Counted from the stretch's first letter, positions 10,892 to 21,200 are shown. The stretch is 64,000 bases of DNA from an uncultured Actinomycetota bacterium (GCA_963770565.1 CAVYQE010000001.1:1472001-1536000), one strand, 5' to 3'. A program made the numbers and translations. Notes: generated from the sequence alone by a model not told the origin.

Positions 10892-11577
10892 GCTGGAGTC
10901 CGACGGCGGACGAGATCGCCGACCGGTACGCCGATGCGCACACTCGGATCGTGACCCTGGTCGACGGGCTCGGCCCGGACCAGTGCGCCACCAACGTGCC
11001 CGGCACCCCGAGGTGGAGCGTTCGCGAACTGGTGTCGCATCTGGTCGGTGGGCCGGCGGACTTTGTCGCCGGGAATCTCGACGGCGCAGGCAGCGAAGCA
11101 TGGACCCAGGCACATGTCGATGCTCGGCTCGGCCGCAGCATCGCCGACCTGCTCGAGGAATGGGACTCCCATCTCGGCCCGGTCGACAGCGCGATCCGCA
11201 CCGGCGCCATACCGGCGCCAATTGCTTTCGACGTGATCACTCACGAGCAGGACCTGCGCGGGGCGCTCGGTGCCGAGCACGTCCCGGATCCGCTGGCGGT
11301 CCGGTTCGTCACCGGGGGCTTTGCAGAGCGGGTCGACCGGGTGGTGGCCACGGCCGGCCTGGCGCCGGTTGCCTTCCACGACCCGGCCGGTGACTGGTCG
11401 GCCGGGAGTCCGGGTGGGCTGACGGTCGAAGTGTCGGAGTTCGAGGTGTTCCGGTCGCTGACCGGCCGGCGCAGCGGCCGCCAGGTGTGTGCGCTGGCCT
11501 GGAGCGGTGATCCGGCGCCGTACCTCGACCTGCTCTCGCCGTTCGGACCGCTGCGGGAGACCGACGTCAGCGACTGA
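10888..11577 (+). CDS. Maleylpyruvate isomerase family mycothiol-dependent enzyme (DinB-like)
   Basis: VPGTPRWSVRELVSHL...HEQDLRGAL, C-terminal FRSLTGRRS. Confidence 0.75.
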   Translation: MSWSPTADEIADRYADAHTRIVTLVDGLGPDQCATNVPGTPRWSVRELVSHLVGGPADFVAGNLDGAGSEAWTQAHVDARLGRSIADLLEEWDSHLGPVDSAIRTGAIPAPIAFDVITHEQDLRGALGAEHVPDPLAVRFVTGGFAERVDRVVATAGLAPVAFHDPAGDWSAGSPGGLTVEVSEFEVFRSLTGRRSGRQVCALAWSGDPAPYLDLLSPFGPLRETDVSD

Positions 11578-11600
11578 GCACCTATGCATTGATGCGCATT

Positions 11601-11615
11601 GGACAATGATCATCG
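11601..11615. promoter_or_regulatory. Possible Zur box upstream of metal ABC transporter
   Basis: GGACAATGATCATCG matches 10/15 positions of a TGAAAATGATTTTCA-type palindrome; context supports it. Confidence 0.35.
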
Positions 11616-11627
11616 CGGGTTGCTGGC

Positions 11628-12530
11628 ATGGTCTGCATGCGGATGTTGGTTGCGGGCGCGATGACCCTCGCCGTCGTTGCGGCGATGACGGGTTGCTCGT
11701 CGACGCCGAGCGGTCGCTCGGCCTCGGGCCGGCTCTCGGTCGTTGCGGCGGAGAACTTCTGGGGCGATCTCGCAACGCAGATCGGCGGTGACCACGTCGA
11801 TGTCGTCTCGTTGATATCGAGTCCGGACGCCGACCCGCATCTGTTCGAGCCCGGCACCCGCGACGGCTATGAGGTCGCCCAGGCGGCGGTCGTCATCGTC
11901 AACGGCGCCAACTACGACCCCTTCATGGACCGGCTGCTGGCTGCGACGCCGGCCGCCCACCGCACGGTGGTGCGGGTCTCGGATGTCTTGCACGTCACTG
12001 GGAGTGATCCGAACCCGCACCTGTGGTACGACACCCCCGCGCTCCCTACGGTCGTCAATGCGATCGCTACCGCATTCTCGACTGCTGACCCGGCGCATGC
12101 CGCTGCTTACCGGCGCGGTGCGAGCGCGACGATCGCCGCGCTGCAGCCACTCGAGCGGGCCGTCGTCGGCCTGGCGAACGCCGACGCCGGCGATCCGGTC
12201 GCGTACACCGAGCGGGTGCCTGGTTTGTTGCTCGCCGCGGCGCACCTTCGGGTGCTCACGCCGCTCGGGTTCGCCCGTTCGATCGAAGACGGTACGGATC
12301 CCTCCGCTTCCGATGTCGCCGCGATGCGAGCGTTGATCACCGGCCACCGAATCGACGCCCTGCTCTACAACGAACAAGCCACCAGCCCGGTCACCTCACA
12401 GCTGCAGTCGCTCGCCCGTGCCGCCAGCGTCCCGATCGTCGCGGTAACCGAGACGATGCCGCCCAACGCGACGTTCGAGTCGTGGCAGATCGACCAGGTC
12501 GACGCATTGGTCGCGGCGTTGAAGCAATGA
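11628..12530 (+). CDS. Zn/Mn ABC transporter substrate-binding lipoprotein (ZnuA-like)
   Basis: Lipobox MTGC, VVAAENFWG, DPHLFEP, NGANYD, NPHLWY, VTET. Confidence 0.88.
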   Translation: MVCMRMLVAGAMTLAVVAAMTGCSSTPSGRSASGRLSVVAAENFWGDLATQIGGDHVDVVSLISSPDADPHLFEPGTRDGYEVAQAAVVIVNGANYDPFMDRLLAATPAAHRTVVRVSDVLHVTGSDPNPHLWYDTPALPTVVNAIATAFSTADPAHAAAYRRGASATIAALQPLERAVVGLANADAGDPVAYTERVPGLLLAAAHLRVLTPLGFARSIEDGTDPSASDVAAMRALITGHRIDALLYNEQATSPVTSQLQSLARAASVPIVAVTETMPPNATFESWQIDQVDALVAALKQ

Positions 12531-13327
12531 CGACGGTCGTGCGGCTCGACGGCGTCTCCGCGGGCTACCCGGGCCGGGTGTTGTGGGAAGGTCTCGACCT
12601 GGGTATTGAAGCCGGTGAGTTCCTTGCAGTGCTCGGCGGCAACGGTACCGGCAAGACCACCTTGCTGAAGCTGCTGCTCGGGTTGATGCAGCCGCTGTCC
12701 GGGGCGGTCAGTGTGCTGGGCGCGGCTCCCAGTCGTGGCGATCGCCGGGTCGGCTACGTGCCGCAGCACTCGGCGTTCGATCCGGATGTGCCGGTGCGGG
12801 GTGTCGACCTGGTGCGGATGGGCGCCGACGGGCATCGGTTCGGGCCGCGCCGCGCCTCGGCCGACGTGCGGACCCGGGTCGCGTCGTCGCTCGCGGCCGT
12901 CGGTGCGCAGGCCTACGCCGATGCTCCGGTCGGTCTGTTGTCCGGTGGCGAGCAGCAGCGGCTCCGGATCGCGGCCGCTGTGGTCGACGATCCTGCCCTG
13001 GTGCTCGCCGACGAGCCGTTGCTGTCGCTGGACCTCGCCAGCCAGCAGCAGGTGGCCGAGGTCCTCGACGAGCGACGCCGAGCGGTCGGCGCCGCCGTGG
13101 TCGTGGTGACCCACGACGTCAACCCGGTGTTGCGCCATGTCGACCGCGTGCTCTACCTCGCCGCCGGGCGGTGGGCGGCCGGCACCCCGGACGAGGTGCT
13201 GACCAGCGAGCGGCTCTCCGACCTGTACGGCGTCGAGATCGATGTGGTCCGGGTACGCGACCACATCGTGATCGTCGGAGCACCGGACCAGGCAACCGGC
13301 CCGCACCATCACGAGGGAGCCGGCTAA
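12527..13327 (+). CDS. Metal ABC transporter ATP-binding protein
   Basis: GGNGTGKT, VGYVPQ, LSGGEQQR, LADEP, VTHD; His-rich C-terminus. Confidence 0.9.
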   Translation: MTTVVRLDGVSAGYPGRVLWEGLDLGIEAGEFLAVLGGNGTGKTTLLKLLLGLMQPLSGAVSVLGAAPSRGDRRVGYVPQHSAFDPDVPVRGVDLVRMGADGHRFGPRRASADVRTRVASSLAAVGAQAYADAPVGLLSGGEQQRLRIAAAVVDDPALVLADEPLLSLDLASQQQVAEVLDERRRAVGAAVVVVTHDVNPVLRHVDRVLYLAAGRWAAGTPDEVLTSERLSDLYGVEIDVVRVRDHIVIVGAPDQATGPHHHEGAG

Positions 13328-14160
13328 TGTTCGTCTCGTTGCTGCAACAGCACTTCATCCACGTGTCCCTGCTCGCCGCCGGCGTCGCCGCAGTGGTGGC
13401 CGGCTCGCTCTCGCCGCTGGTGATCGCTCGCCGACAGGCGTTCTCGGTGCACGGCATGGCAGAGCTCGGGCTGACCGGCGCGGCCGGCGGTTTGCTGGCC
13501 GGAATCGATGCGGCTACCGGAGCCCTGATCGGTTCGATGACGATCGGCGCGCTGCTCGGGGTCCTCGGGCTTCGCGACCGCGACCGTGATGCGGCGACTG
13601 GCGTCGTTCTCGCGGCCGGCCTCGGTCTGGGCGTGCTGTTCCTGACCCGGATCAACGGCTATGCGACCACCGGGTTCGGGCTGCTGTTCGGGTCGATCAC
13701 CTCGGTGTCGGGCTCGCAACTGCGGCTGCTGGTCGTGGTCGGTGCCGTGGTGATGGCTGCCCTGATCGTGATCTGGCGGCCGCTGTGGTTCGCCTCGGTG
13801 GATGCGGCTGCGGCCGAGGCCCGCGGTGTGGCGGTCCGGACCCTCGCGGTGGTCTTCCCGATCATGCTGGGTGCCGCGGTCGCCGAAACGATCCAGGTCA
13901 CCGGCGTGCTGTTGATCCTCACCTTGGTCGTCACGCCGGCCGCCGCCGCGACCCGACTCTCGGCTCGGCCGGCAGCGGTGCTCGCGCTGTCGATCGCGGC
14001 CGCGGTGATCGCCGCGGAAGGGGGCGTGCTCGCGTCGCTGGAGTGGAACGCGCCCGCATCGTTCTTCGTCTCGATGATCTCCTTCGCGGTCTACGTCCTT
14101 GCTCGGCTGGTGGGTGGACGTCGACGCGGGCGGCGGTTGACCGCACACTTGGAGACATGA
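13327..14160 (+). CDS. Metal ABC transporter permease (ZnuB-like)
   Basis: F.VHGMAEL, LLFGSI, IWRPL.FAS.D...AEARGV, multiple TM helices; TAATG coupling. Confidence 0.88.
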   Translation: MFVSLLQQHFIHVSLLAAGVAAVVAGSLSPLVIARRQAFSVHGMAELGLTGAAGGLLAGIDAATGALIGSMTIGALLGVLGLRDRDRDAATGVVLAAGLGLGVLFLTRINGYATTGFGLLFGSITSVSGSQLRLLVVVGAVVMAALIVIWRPLWFASVDAAAAEARGVAVRTLAVVFPIMLGAAVAETIQVTGVLLILTLVVTPAAAATRLSARPAAVLALSIAAAVIAAEGGVLASLEWNAPASFFVSMISFAVYVLARLVGGRRRGRRLTAHLET

Positions 14161-14960
14161 CCGCGCAATCGGCGGCGCCCGTCACCGAAGAGCGGGCTGC
14201 CGGCATCCCACCGAGATGGTTGCGCAGTGAGGTCATCCTCGTCTTCGCCCTCTCGCTCGGCGCCGACGGGTTGCGCGCCCTGGTCCGGTTGATCGGCGAT
14301 GCGACCAGTGGGCAGGCGCTGACCGCGCAGACCGCGGTCCTGAACGGGTCGCAGGCCCCAGGGCGGCCGCTGCTCGACCTGACCCTGCAGTTGGTCTCGC
14401 TGGCCACCGGCGTCGTACCGGTGTTGCTGGTATGGCACTTCCTGATCCGCTCCGGTGAGCGGATGTCGACCATCGGCGTCGACCTGACGCGGCCGAAGAC
14501 CGACGGGTTCAGAGGCGCGGTGATCGCGGCGATCATCGGCGGCAGCGGGCTCGGGCTCTATCTCGCGGCGCACGCCCTCGGGATCGATCTCACCGTTGTC
14601 GCCGAGTCGCTGCCGGTGGTGTGGTGGCGGATCCCGGTGCTGCTCCTGTCAGCGTTGCAGAACGCGGCCCTCGAGGAGGTGTTGGTCGCCGGCTACCTGC
14701 TGCATCGACTGCGTCAGCTCGGATGGGGTGACAACCGGGCCCTGCTACTGAGCGCGACGGTCCGCGGCAGCTACCACCTGTATCAGGGGCTCGGTGGGTT
14801 CGCCGGCAACGCGATCATGGGCCTGATCTTCGGCCGGCTCTACCAGCGCTGGGGCCGGGTGATGCCACTGCTGATCGCGCACACGCTGATGGACGCGGTG
14901 GCCTTCGTCGGGTACGCCGAACTCGCCGGCCACGTGTCCTGGCTGCCGATACCGAGCTAG
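14157..14960 (+). CDS. CPBP family intramembrane glutamic endopeptidase
   Basis: NAALEEVLVAGYL, RGSYHLYQG, PLLIAH..MD. Confidence 0.88.
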   Translation: MTAQSAAPVTEERAAGIPPRWLRSEVILVFALSLGADGLRALVRLIGDATSGQALTAQTAVLNGSQAPGRPLLDLTLQLVSLATGVVPVLLVWHFLIRSGERMSTIGVDLTRPKTDGFRGAVIAAIIGGSGLGLYLAAHALGIDLTVVAESLPVVWWRIPVLLLSALQNAALEEVLVAGYLLHRLRQLGWGDNRALLLSATVRGSYHLYQGLGGFAGNAIMGLIFGRLYQRWGRVMPLLIAHTLMDAVAFVGYAELAGHVSWLPIPS

Positions 14961-14963
14961 CGC

Positions 14964-15347
14964 TCAGTCCCAGCTGGTCGCGTGGGCGGCGAACGCCTCC
15001 GAGTCCTGCACCCGAACCACACAGAACACGGTCTGGGCCGGGTCGCGCATGATGACCCAGCCGTCGAGCCGTTCGACCTCGGTGCCGCCGAGTCCGGTCA
15101 GCCGGGCGACCTCGGCGTCGATGTCGTCGGTCTCGATGTCGAGGTGGATCCGCGGTGCGGAATCACCCACCGCCTGCACCATCAGCTCGACGCCAGGGGT
15201 GGGTTGGCCGAAGGAGGTGTAGTTCGGGTCCTCGGCCTCGATCTCGGCGGGTCGTTCCAAGGCGGCCCCCCAGAACTCCACGGTCCGGGCGTAGTCCGCG
15301 AACGGGACGTCGATCAGCGCGGCGGTCAGCCGACTGCGATGGCTCAT
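14964..15347 (-). CDS. VOC family (glyoxalase/bleomycin resistance-like) protein
   Basis: FWGAAL, RIHLDIETDD...EVARL..LG, W.IMRDP...FCVV. Confidence 0.85.
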   Translation of the reverse strand: MSHRSRLTAALIDVPFADYARTVEFWGAALERPAEIEAEDPNYTSFGQPTPGVELMVQAVGDSAPRIHLDIETDDIDAEVARLTGLGGTEVERLDGWVIMRDPAQTVFCVVRVQDSEAFAAHATSWD

Positions 15348-15709
15348 GAGGTGGGCGCCGGCTGCGGCAGGCGTTGCACGACACAGAAGGTGATGCCGGC
15401 CGGGTCACGCATCACCACCCAGTGATGACTGCGCCCGATCTCGGTCGCGCCGAGCGCGGTCAGTCGCTCGACGTCGGCGTCGCGGTCTTCGCTTTCCAGG
15501 TCGAGGTGCACCCGGCGAGTGTCGTCGCCGGTCGCCTGGACCATGAAGTAGACCCCGGGCGTCACCTCGTCGTACTGGGCGTAGTCGGGGAAGGTCTCGG
15601 TCACCACCGGTGGCTTGCCCAGGGCGGCCGCCCAGAACGCGACCGCGCGTTCGTGATCGGCCTTCGGGACATCGACGAGCGCGCCGGACAGGCGCAAGGG
15701 AGTCGGCAT
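15344..15709 (-). CDS. VOC family protein, tandem paralog of 14964-15347
   Basis: FWAAALG, RVHLDLESED...VERL.ALGA, WVVMRDPAG..FCVV. Confidence 0.85.
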   Translation of the reverse strand: MPTPLRLSGALVDVPKADHERAVAFWAAALGKPPVVTETFPDYAQYDEVTPGVYFMVQATGDDTRRVHLDLESEDRDADVERLTALGATEIGRSHHWVVMRDPAGITFCVVQRLPQPAPTS

Positions 15710-15716
15710 GTTGATC

Positions 15717-15738
15717 ACCCTGTCATGGCGATCCGACA
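15717..15738 (-). promoter_or_regulatory. PafBC-type promoter of the VOC pair, probably leaderless
   Basis: Minus strand TGTCGG-ATCGCCATGA-CAGGGT then 7 nt to ATG 15709. Confidence 0.55.
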
Positions 15739-15774
15739 GTTTCTCGCCGCCGTTATCGACTGGTGGCCGACCCG

Positions 15775-16494
15775 TTACGAGGTCGATTCGGCGGAGGTGA
15801 CGAACAGCGCAAAGCCGTAGCTCAGCCAGGTGCGCTGCGGGTTGCGGTCCAACCAGTCGGCCGCTGCGCCGTCGCGGAACTCGTTGCTGAGCACCGCGAC
15901 CAGATCGGCCCGGTTGGCGAAGCGCCACTGCGAGAGAACGTCGACTCGCCCGGCACCCTGCGCACGCCACCATCGGTCGGTCACGGTCGGGTCCAACTGC
16001 GCGTTGCCCTCGGTGGCGACCCGCAGGATCTCGGCGAACTCACCGTTCGCGTAGTCGTTGTCGATGACCACCAGCGCACCGCTCGGTTTGAGCACCCGGT
16101 GAGCCTGGCGCAAGCCCGCTTCGGCACCGGGACCGAAGAAGTAGGCGAAGCGGGCATGGATGACGTCGATCGAGTCGTCCGGCAGGTCAAGGTGCTCAGC
16201 CGAGCCGGCCATGACCGTGACGTTGCCGATGCCGGTCACCCGCTCCGCTGCGATCATCCGGAGAACCGGGTCCGGCTCGACGCCGATCACGGTTGCCGCC
16301 TCCTCGGCGTAGCCGGGCAGCCAGAACCCGGTGCCGCACCCGAGGTCCACCAGCGTGCGACCGGCCCAGGGCGCGAGGTCGCGCATCGCGGCGAGAAGGA
16401 CGCCGTCGGGATCGATGGCCTGGTTCTCGAGTTCGTACAGCGCCTGCGCGTCGCGGATGTTCGGAGCAGGCATCCAGTCCGCGAACTCGCTCAT
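15775..16494 (-). CDS. Class I SAM-dependent methyltransferase
   Basis: LVDLGCGTGF, VIGVEP, GSAEHL.LPD.S.D, RVLKPSG. Confidence 0.85.
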   Translation of the reverse strand: MSEFADWMPAPNIRDAQALYELENQAIDPDGVLLAAMRDLAPWAGRTLVDLGCGTGFWLPGYAEEAATVIGVEPDPVLRMIAAERVTGIGNVTVMAGSAEHLDLPDDSIDVIHARFAYFFGPGAEAGLRQAHRVLKPSGALVVIDNDYANGEFAEILRVATEGNAQLDPTVTDRWWRAQGAGRVDVLSQWRFANRADLVAVLSNEFRDGAAADWLDRNPQRTWLSYGFALFVTSAESTS

Positions 16495-16517
16495 GACGGG
16501 TGCACGTTACCGCCGGA

Positions 16518-16700
16518 TCAAGACCGGGCTCCGCGGTAGATGAGCGCGGCGCCAACCCCGACGATGATCGGCCCGAGGATCGTCCAGGTCGCCGTGTTGC
16601 TCATGAAGCTGCCGGCCACCACGCCGACCCCCTGGAGGGTGAAGAGCAGGCCGAGCAGCGCGACCACGATTCCCGAGACGAACGGCAGCGGGCGCTTCAT
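16518..16700 (-). CDS. Small two-TM membrane protein
   Basis: Two hydrophobic helices with FTLQGVG...GSFMS...W...GP motif typical of small actinobacterial membrane proteins. Confidence 0.65.
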   Translation of the reverse strand: MKRPLPFVSGIVVALLGLLFTLQGVGVVAGSFMSNTATWTILGPIIVGVGAALIYRGARS

Positions 16701-16738
16701 TCCGATCTCACGAGGCTCGGGGGTCTGCCGGTTCAGGT

Positions 16739-17488
16739 TTGGCTCCTACCATTGGTGACGTGCTCTCCGAGCCCGGTGCTCGTCCGGATGGCGCACCGGT
16801 GGGGCGGCGCGTCGTACTGAGCCTGCTTGGCCTGGGCGGGCTCGGGATCGTGTTCGGCTCGAAGATCCAGGACGGGCTGGAGCGAGCCCTGGGTCCGCTC
16901 GAGTCGCGCGACCCGACCGGGCTGCTCGGGCTGTTGCCCATTGGCGACACTTTCCGCTTCTACTCGGTCACGCACAGTGTGCCGATCCGGGACGCGGCCG
17001 ACTACCGGCTGCGGCTGTCCGGCCTGGCCGCGAACCCGGCGACGTACACACTGGCCGATCTCCAGGCGATGCCGCAGACCGAGGTGGTGCGCGACTTCCA
17101 ATGCGTGACCGGATGGCGGGTGCCGCAGGTGCACTGGCGCGGGGTCCGGCTCTCGCATCTGCTCGACCTCGCCGGTCCGGCTAGCACGGCGACCGCGTTG
17201 CGGCTGACCTCGTTCGACCGGACCTACAGCGAGAGCCTCACTCTCGACCAGGCCCGCTTGCCGGATGTCCTGGTTGCGCTCGAGATGCTCGACGGACCGG
17301 TCAGCCACAACCACGGCGGTCCGGTGCGGCTCTACGTCGCGCCGATGTACGGCTACAAGAGCCTGAAGTGGCTGTCAGGCATCGAGCTGACGGCGGAGGT
17401 AGTGCCGGGGTACTGGGAGCATCGCGGCTACTCGATCAACGGCTGGGTCGGCGCCTCGAACGGACGTCACGATGAGCCCACCCACTGA
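16739..17488 (+). CDS. Molybdopterin-dependent oxidoreductase (sulfite oxidase/MsrP-like)
   Basis: Tat-like GRRVVL, DFQCVTGW, W.GV.L, HGGPVRL..P.MYGYKS.KWL, GYWE.RGY. Start uncertain. Confidence 0.85.
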   Translation: MAPTIGDVLSEPGARPDGAPVGRRVVLSLLGLGGLGIVFGSKIQDGLERALGPLESRDPTGLLGLLPIGDTFRFYSVTHSVPIRDAADYRLRLSGLAANPATYTLADLQAMPQTEVVRDFQCVTGWRVPQVHWRGVRLSHLLDLAGPASTATALRLTSFDRTYSESLTLDQARLPDVLVALEMLDGPVSHNHGGPVRLYVAPMYGYKSLKWLSGIELTAEVVPGYWEHRGYSINGWVGASNGRHDEPTH

Positions 17489-18119
17489 GCGCGGGCGCGA
17501 GCTGCTGCGCTTCGGCCGGCCGGTGCGCTGGGTTCACGGCACGTTCGCGGCGCTGCTGATGATCTGCATCGCGACCGCCGCGATCCTCTACAACGGCTCG
17601 CTCGCGGTACTTGTGGGCGACCGGTACGTCGTCGAGCAGATCCATGTGTGGAGCGGCTTCGCCCTGCCGGTGCCGCTCATCCTCGGGCTGTTCTCCCGCG
17701 ACTACCGCAACGACCTGGGCCGCCTCAACCGGTTCGCGCGCCATGATTGGCAGTGGCTGCGCTCGCGGGATCGCCGTGACGGTCACTTGCCGGTGGGCAA
17801 GTTCAATGCCGGCCAGAAGCTCAACGCCGCGCTGAGTGCGGGAGCGGTGGGTGTGCTGCTCGCGAGTGGCACGATCATGGACTTCACCCATCTCACCCGG
17901 TTGTCGTGGCGCAGCGGCGCGACGTTCGTTCACGACTGGGTCGCACTCGCGCTCGGGCTGCTCGTCGTCGGTCATGTGATGTACGCGCTGCGTGACGCCG
18001 ACTCGCTGCGGTCGATGCGCACCGGCCGGGTGCCGTTGCGATGGGCGCGGCAGGAGCACGACGAGTGGGCGACCGAGCTGGCCGGGGCACCCGAGGATCA
18101 GGTCGACGCGTCGAGGTAG
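17472..18119 (+). CDS. Cytochrome b/b6 domain membrane protein (partner of Mo-oxidoreductase)
   Basis: RWVH, H.WSG, GKFNAGQKLN, FVHDW, GHV...; four His heme ligands. Confidence 0.82.
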   Translation: MSPPTERGRELLRFGRPVRWVHGTFAALLMICIATAAILYNGSLAVLVGDRYVVEQIHVWSGFALPVPLILGLFSRDYRNDLGRLNRFARHDWQWLRSRDRRDGHLPVGKFNAGQKLNAALSAGAVGVLLASGTIMDFTHLTRLSWRSGATFVHDWVALALGLLVVGHVMYALRDADSLRSMRTGRVPLRWARQEHDEWATELAGAPEDQVDASR

Positions 18120-18490
18120 GCCTTCGCGAGCTTGGTAGGCGCGCGGTTGAGCCACGCCTCCACGATCACTTCCTCGAGCTCGGCGGGCGGGATCAGGTCG
18201 AGCGTGATCAGCACCGCCGGGTAGCCGTTGAAGTGGGGTGTGGTGAAGAAGTACTCCGGTTGGGCCGCTACGAGCGCATGCTTCGCGCCTTCGTCCGGCA
18301 CCCGGGCGCCGAGGATCACTCCGCCAGGTGCCGCGTCGCCGAGCGCTTTGAGATCTGAACCGCGCAACGGGCGCTCCCAGACGAACAGCTTGTCGCGCAC
18401 CCGCCAGTGCGCGTGTCCCTCGCGAGAGGTGTGCTCCTCGGTCTCGGGCAGTGCTAGGGCGATCCGGCGTACGTCGTCGAGCCCGGCCAT
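18098..18490 (-). CDS. MmcQ/YjbR family DNA-binding protein
   Basis: DVRRIALALPET, WRVRDKLF.WERPL, FTTPHFNGYPAVL, EAWL.RAP. Confidence 0.8.
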   Translation of the reverse strand: MAGLDDVRRIALALPETEEHTSREGHAHWRVRDKLFVWERPLRGSDLKALGDAAPGGVILGARVPDEGAKHALVAAQPEYFFTTPHFNGYPAVLITLDLIPPAELEEVIVEAWLNRAPTKLAKAYLDAST

Positions 18491-18510
18491 GTCCGCACAG
18501 TAGCCGGAGG

Positions 18511-18915
18511 TCACTCGGCTCGCTCGAGTACCTGACGAGGACTGAGATGCCAGGTCACCCGGTGCTGCCCCCTGAAGGACTCGGGATCGTCGCCATAACG
18601 ACGCGCCATCGCCATGGCGTCCTCGACGGCGGCCTCGTCGCCTTCCCGAACGAGCTCGGCCGTGCCGGCGAGCCGCACCCAGTGGCCCACCTCTTCGTGG
18701 TCGTGGATGAGGGCACAGATTCTCGTGTCATCCCGCAGGTTCCGCACCCAGCGCCGGTTCACCCGACCGTTCAGGAGGAGACCGTCCGGCTCGACCAGGT
18801 AGTCGACCACGACCAGATGGGGACTTCCGTCGCTGCCAAGAGTCGACAGAATCGCGCGGTGCGGTCCCTCGAGGAACGACCGTACGGCGTCGATGCTCGT
18901 CGGGGCATAATCCAT
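18511..18915 (-). CDS. PPOX class F420-dependent oxidoreductase / pyridoxamine oxidase-like protein
   Basis: FLEGPHRAILSTLGSDGSPH, RNLRDD.R, W.RL.G.AEL. Start 18915 or 18945. Confidence 0.7.
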   Translation of the reverse strand: MDYAPTSIDAVRSFLEGPHRAILSTLGSDGSPHLVVVDYLVEPDGLLLNGRVNRRWVRNLRDDTRICALIHDHEEVGHWVRLAGTAELVREGDEAAVEDAMAMARRYGDDPESFRGQHRVTWHLSPRQVLERAE

Positions 18916-19007
18916 CTCGTCTCCCGGTGCGCCATTCAATCTCATGGCCGATTTTCCCGGCTAGAGCGTGGCTAACCCGCCAAAGCGTCGTGGCGTTATC
19001 GTGCGGT

Positions 19008-19766
19008 GTGCGAGAGGGCGAGCCGTCGCGAACCGCACGTGAGGTGGCCGCGCAGCGACGCCATCTCGATCGGGTGCGCGTCGACTATGGCGACCCGGCC
19101 GCTGACCAGAGCCTGCATGACGACGTCGCGGGCGACTTGCCCTTTCGCGACGACCCGCTGACCGCCTATCTCGCATCGCGCACCCGGTTCTTCGATACGG
19201 CGGTGGTCGACGCGATCGCCGGCGGGGTCCGGCAGGTCGTGGTCGCCGGCGCCGGGTACGACGGCCGCAGCCTGCGCTACGCCGCGCCAGGGGTGACCTG
19301 GTTCGAGCTCGACCATCCGGCGACGCTCGTCGACCGGTCCGCACGACTCGCCCGGCTCGGGATCGACAGCGCAGCTGTCGCAGTCGCGGCGGACTTCTCG
19401 GTCGACGACGTCGGCCCGCGACTGGCGGCCGCGGGACATGACGCCTCGATTGCGTCGCTGGTGATCTGCGAGGGTGTGACGACGTACCTCGAGCGTGCCG
19501 TCGTGGTCGGGCTGCTACGCGCGGTCCGCGACCGGGCCGCAGCCGGCAGCAGGCTGGCGATCGACTTCAGCTTGGTGCCGACCACGTCGCGCGCCCGGCA
19601 GTCGCGGGAACGGCTGAGCGCGCGGGTTGGGTCGCAGGGTGAGCCGTTCCGCTTCGCGCTGCCGGCGGCCGAGCTGCCGGGTCTCCTGCGCGAGGGAGGT
19701 TGGCGGGTCGAGTCCGCCCAGAGCTCGGAGTCGACCGCGTTCGTTCTCGCCTCGCCGTACCCTTGA
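19008..19766 (+). CDS. SAM-dependent methyltransferase (LCM/YktD-like)
   Basis: RTRFFD, QVVVAGAGYDGR, WFELDHP, ICEGVTTYL. Start approximate. Confidence 0.8.
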   Translation: MREGEPSRTAREVAAQRRHLDRVRVDYGDPAADQSLHDDVAGDLPFRDDPLTAYLASRTRFFDTAVVDAIAGGVRQVVVAGAGYDGRSLRYAAPGVTWFELDHPATLVDRSARLARLGIDSAAVAVAADFSVDDVGPRLAAAGHDASIASLVICEGVTTYLERAVVVGLLRAVRDRAAAGSRLAIDFSLVPTTSRARQSRERLSARVGSQGEPFRFALPAAELPGLLREGGWRVESAQSSESTAFVLASPYP

Positions 19767-19769
19767 TCG

Positions 19770-21200
19770 GTGGACGCGCGGACGTATGAGGTGCGGACGT
19801 ACGGCTGCCAGATGAACGTCCATGACTCCGAGCGGATCTCCGGCCTGCTGGAGGCGGCCGGATACGCCAGACCGGAGCCGGGTGCGGGCGCCGACGTCGT
19901 GGTCTTCAACACCTGCGCGGTGCGCGAGAACGCCGACAACCGGTTGTACGGCAACCTCGGTCAGCTCCTGCCGGTCAAGCAGCAGCACCCGGGCATGCAG
20001 ATAGCGGTCGGTGGCTGTCTCGCACAGAAGGATCAGGGCCGGATCCTCGACCGCGCGCCCTGGGTCGACGTCGTGTTCGGCACGCACAACATCGGCTCAC
20101 TGCCGGTCCTGCTCGAGCGAGCCCGGATCGAGTCCGAGGCGCAGGTCGAGCTGCTGGAGGCGCTCGAGACATTTCCTTCCACGTTGCCGGCTCGGCGGGA
20201 GTCGGCGTACCGCGCGTGGGTCAGCATCAGCGTGGGCTGCAACAACAGTTGCACGTTCTGCATCGTCCCCTCGTTGCGCGGCAAGGAGAAGGACCGCCGC
20301 CCGGGGGAGATCCTGGCCGAGATCGAGATGTTGATCGACTCCGGCGTACTGGAGGTCACCCTGCTCGGGCAGAACGTGAACTCCTATGGGGTGGAGTTCG
20401 GTGACCGGCAGGCGTTCGCGAAGCTGCTGAGGGCGTGCGGCGGGATCGAGGGCCTGGAACGGGTCCGATTCACCTCTCCGCACCCGCGCGACTTCACCGA
20501 CGACGTGATCGCGGCGATGGCCGAGACCCCGAACGTGATGCCGAGCCTGCACATGCCCTTGCAGTCGGGCAGTGACCGGGTGCTCGCGGCGATGCGGCGG
20601 TCGTATCGCGCCGGGCGCTACCTCGGCATCGTCGAACGGGTCAGGGCGGCGATGCCGGACGCTGCGATCACGACCGACATCATCGTCGGTTTCCCGGGTG
20701 AGACCGAAGGCGATTTCGCGCAGACCCTCGACGTGGTGGCGCAGGCCCGCTTCGCGAGCGCCTTCACCTTCCAGTACTCGGTGCGCCCGGGGACTCCGGC
20801 GGCGAGCCTGCCGGACCAGGTGCCGGCGGCGGTGGTCGCGGAGCGCTACTCCCGGCTGGTCGATCTGCTCGAGGACACGTCGCTGGCTGCGGCCCGCAAC
20901 TGTGTCGGCTCGACAGTCGAGGTGCTGATCGCGGAGGGTGAGGGCCGCAAGGACACTGCGACCCGGCGGCTTTCGGGTCGCGCCCGCGACAACCGGTTGG
21001 TCCACGTGGCGGCATGTGATGCACGGCCTGGCGACGTGGTGACCGCGATCGTGAGCCATGCCGCCCCGCACCACCTCATGGCCGACGAGGTGATGGCGGT
21101 TCGTCGTACCCGGGGTGGCGACGCCTGGCAGGCGCGACAGCAGGGCGAGCCGGCCACTACCGCCGTCCTGCTCGGCATGCCCGGCGGATGCCCCGCGTAG
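19770..21200 (+). CDS. miaB: tRNA (i6A37)-methylthiotransferase MiaB
   Basis: [46 protein letters not shown]. Confidence 0.96.
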   Translation: MDARTYEVRTYGCQMNVHDSERISGLLEAAGYARPEPGAGADVVVFNTCAVRENADNRLYGNLGQLLPVKQQHPGMQIAVGGCLAQKDQGRILDRAPWVDVVFGTHNIGSLPVLLERARIESEAQVELLEALETFPSTLPARRESAYRAWVSISVGCNNSCTFCIVPSLRGKEKDRRPGEILAEIEMLIDSGVLEVTLLGQNVNSYGVEFGDRQAFAKLLRACGGIEGLERVRFTSPHPRDFTDDVIAAMAETPNVMPSLHMPLQSGSDRVLAAMRRSYRAGRYLGIVERVRAAMPDAAITTDIIVGFPGETEGDFAQTLDVVAQARFASAFTFQYSVRPGTPAASLPDQVPAAVVAERYSRLVDLLEDTSLAAARNCVGSTVEVLIAEGEGRKDTATRRLSGRARDNRLVHVAACDARPGDVVTAIVSHAAPHHLMADEVMAVRRTRGGDAWQARQQGEPATTAVLLGMPGGCPA

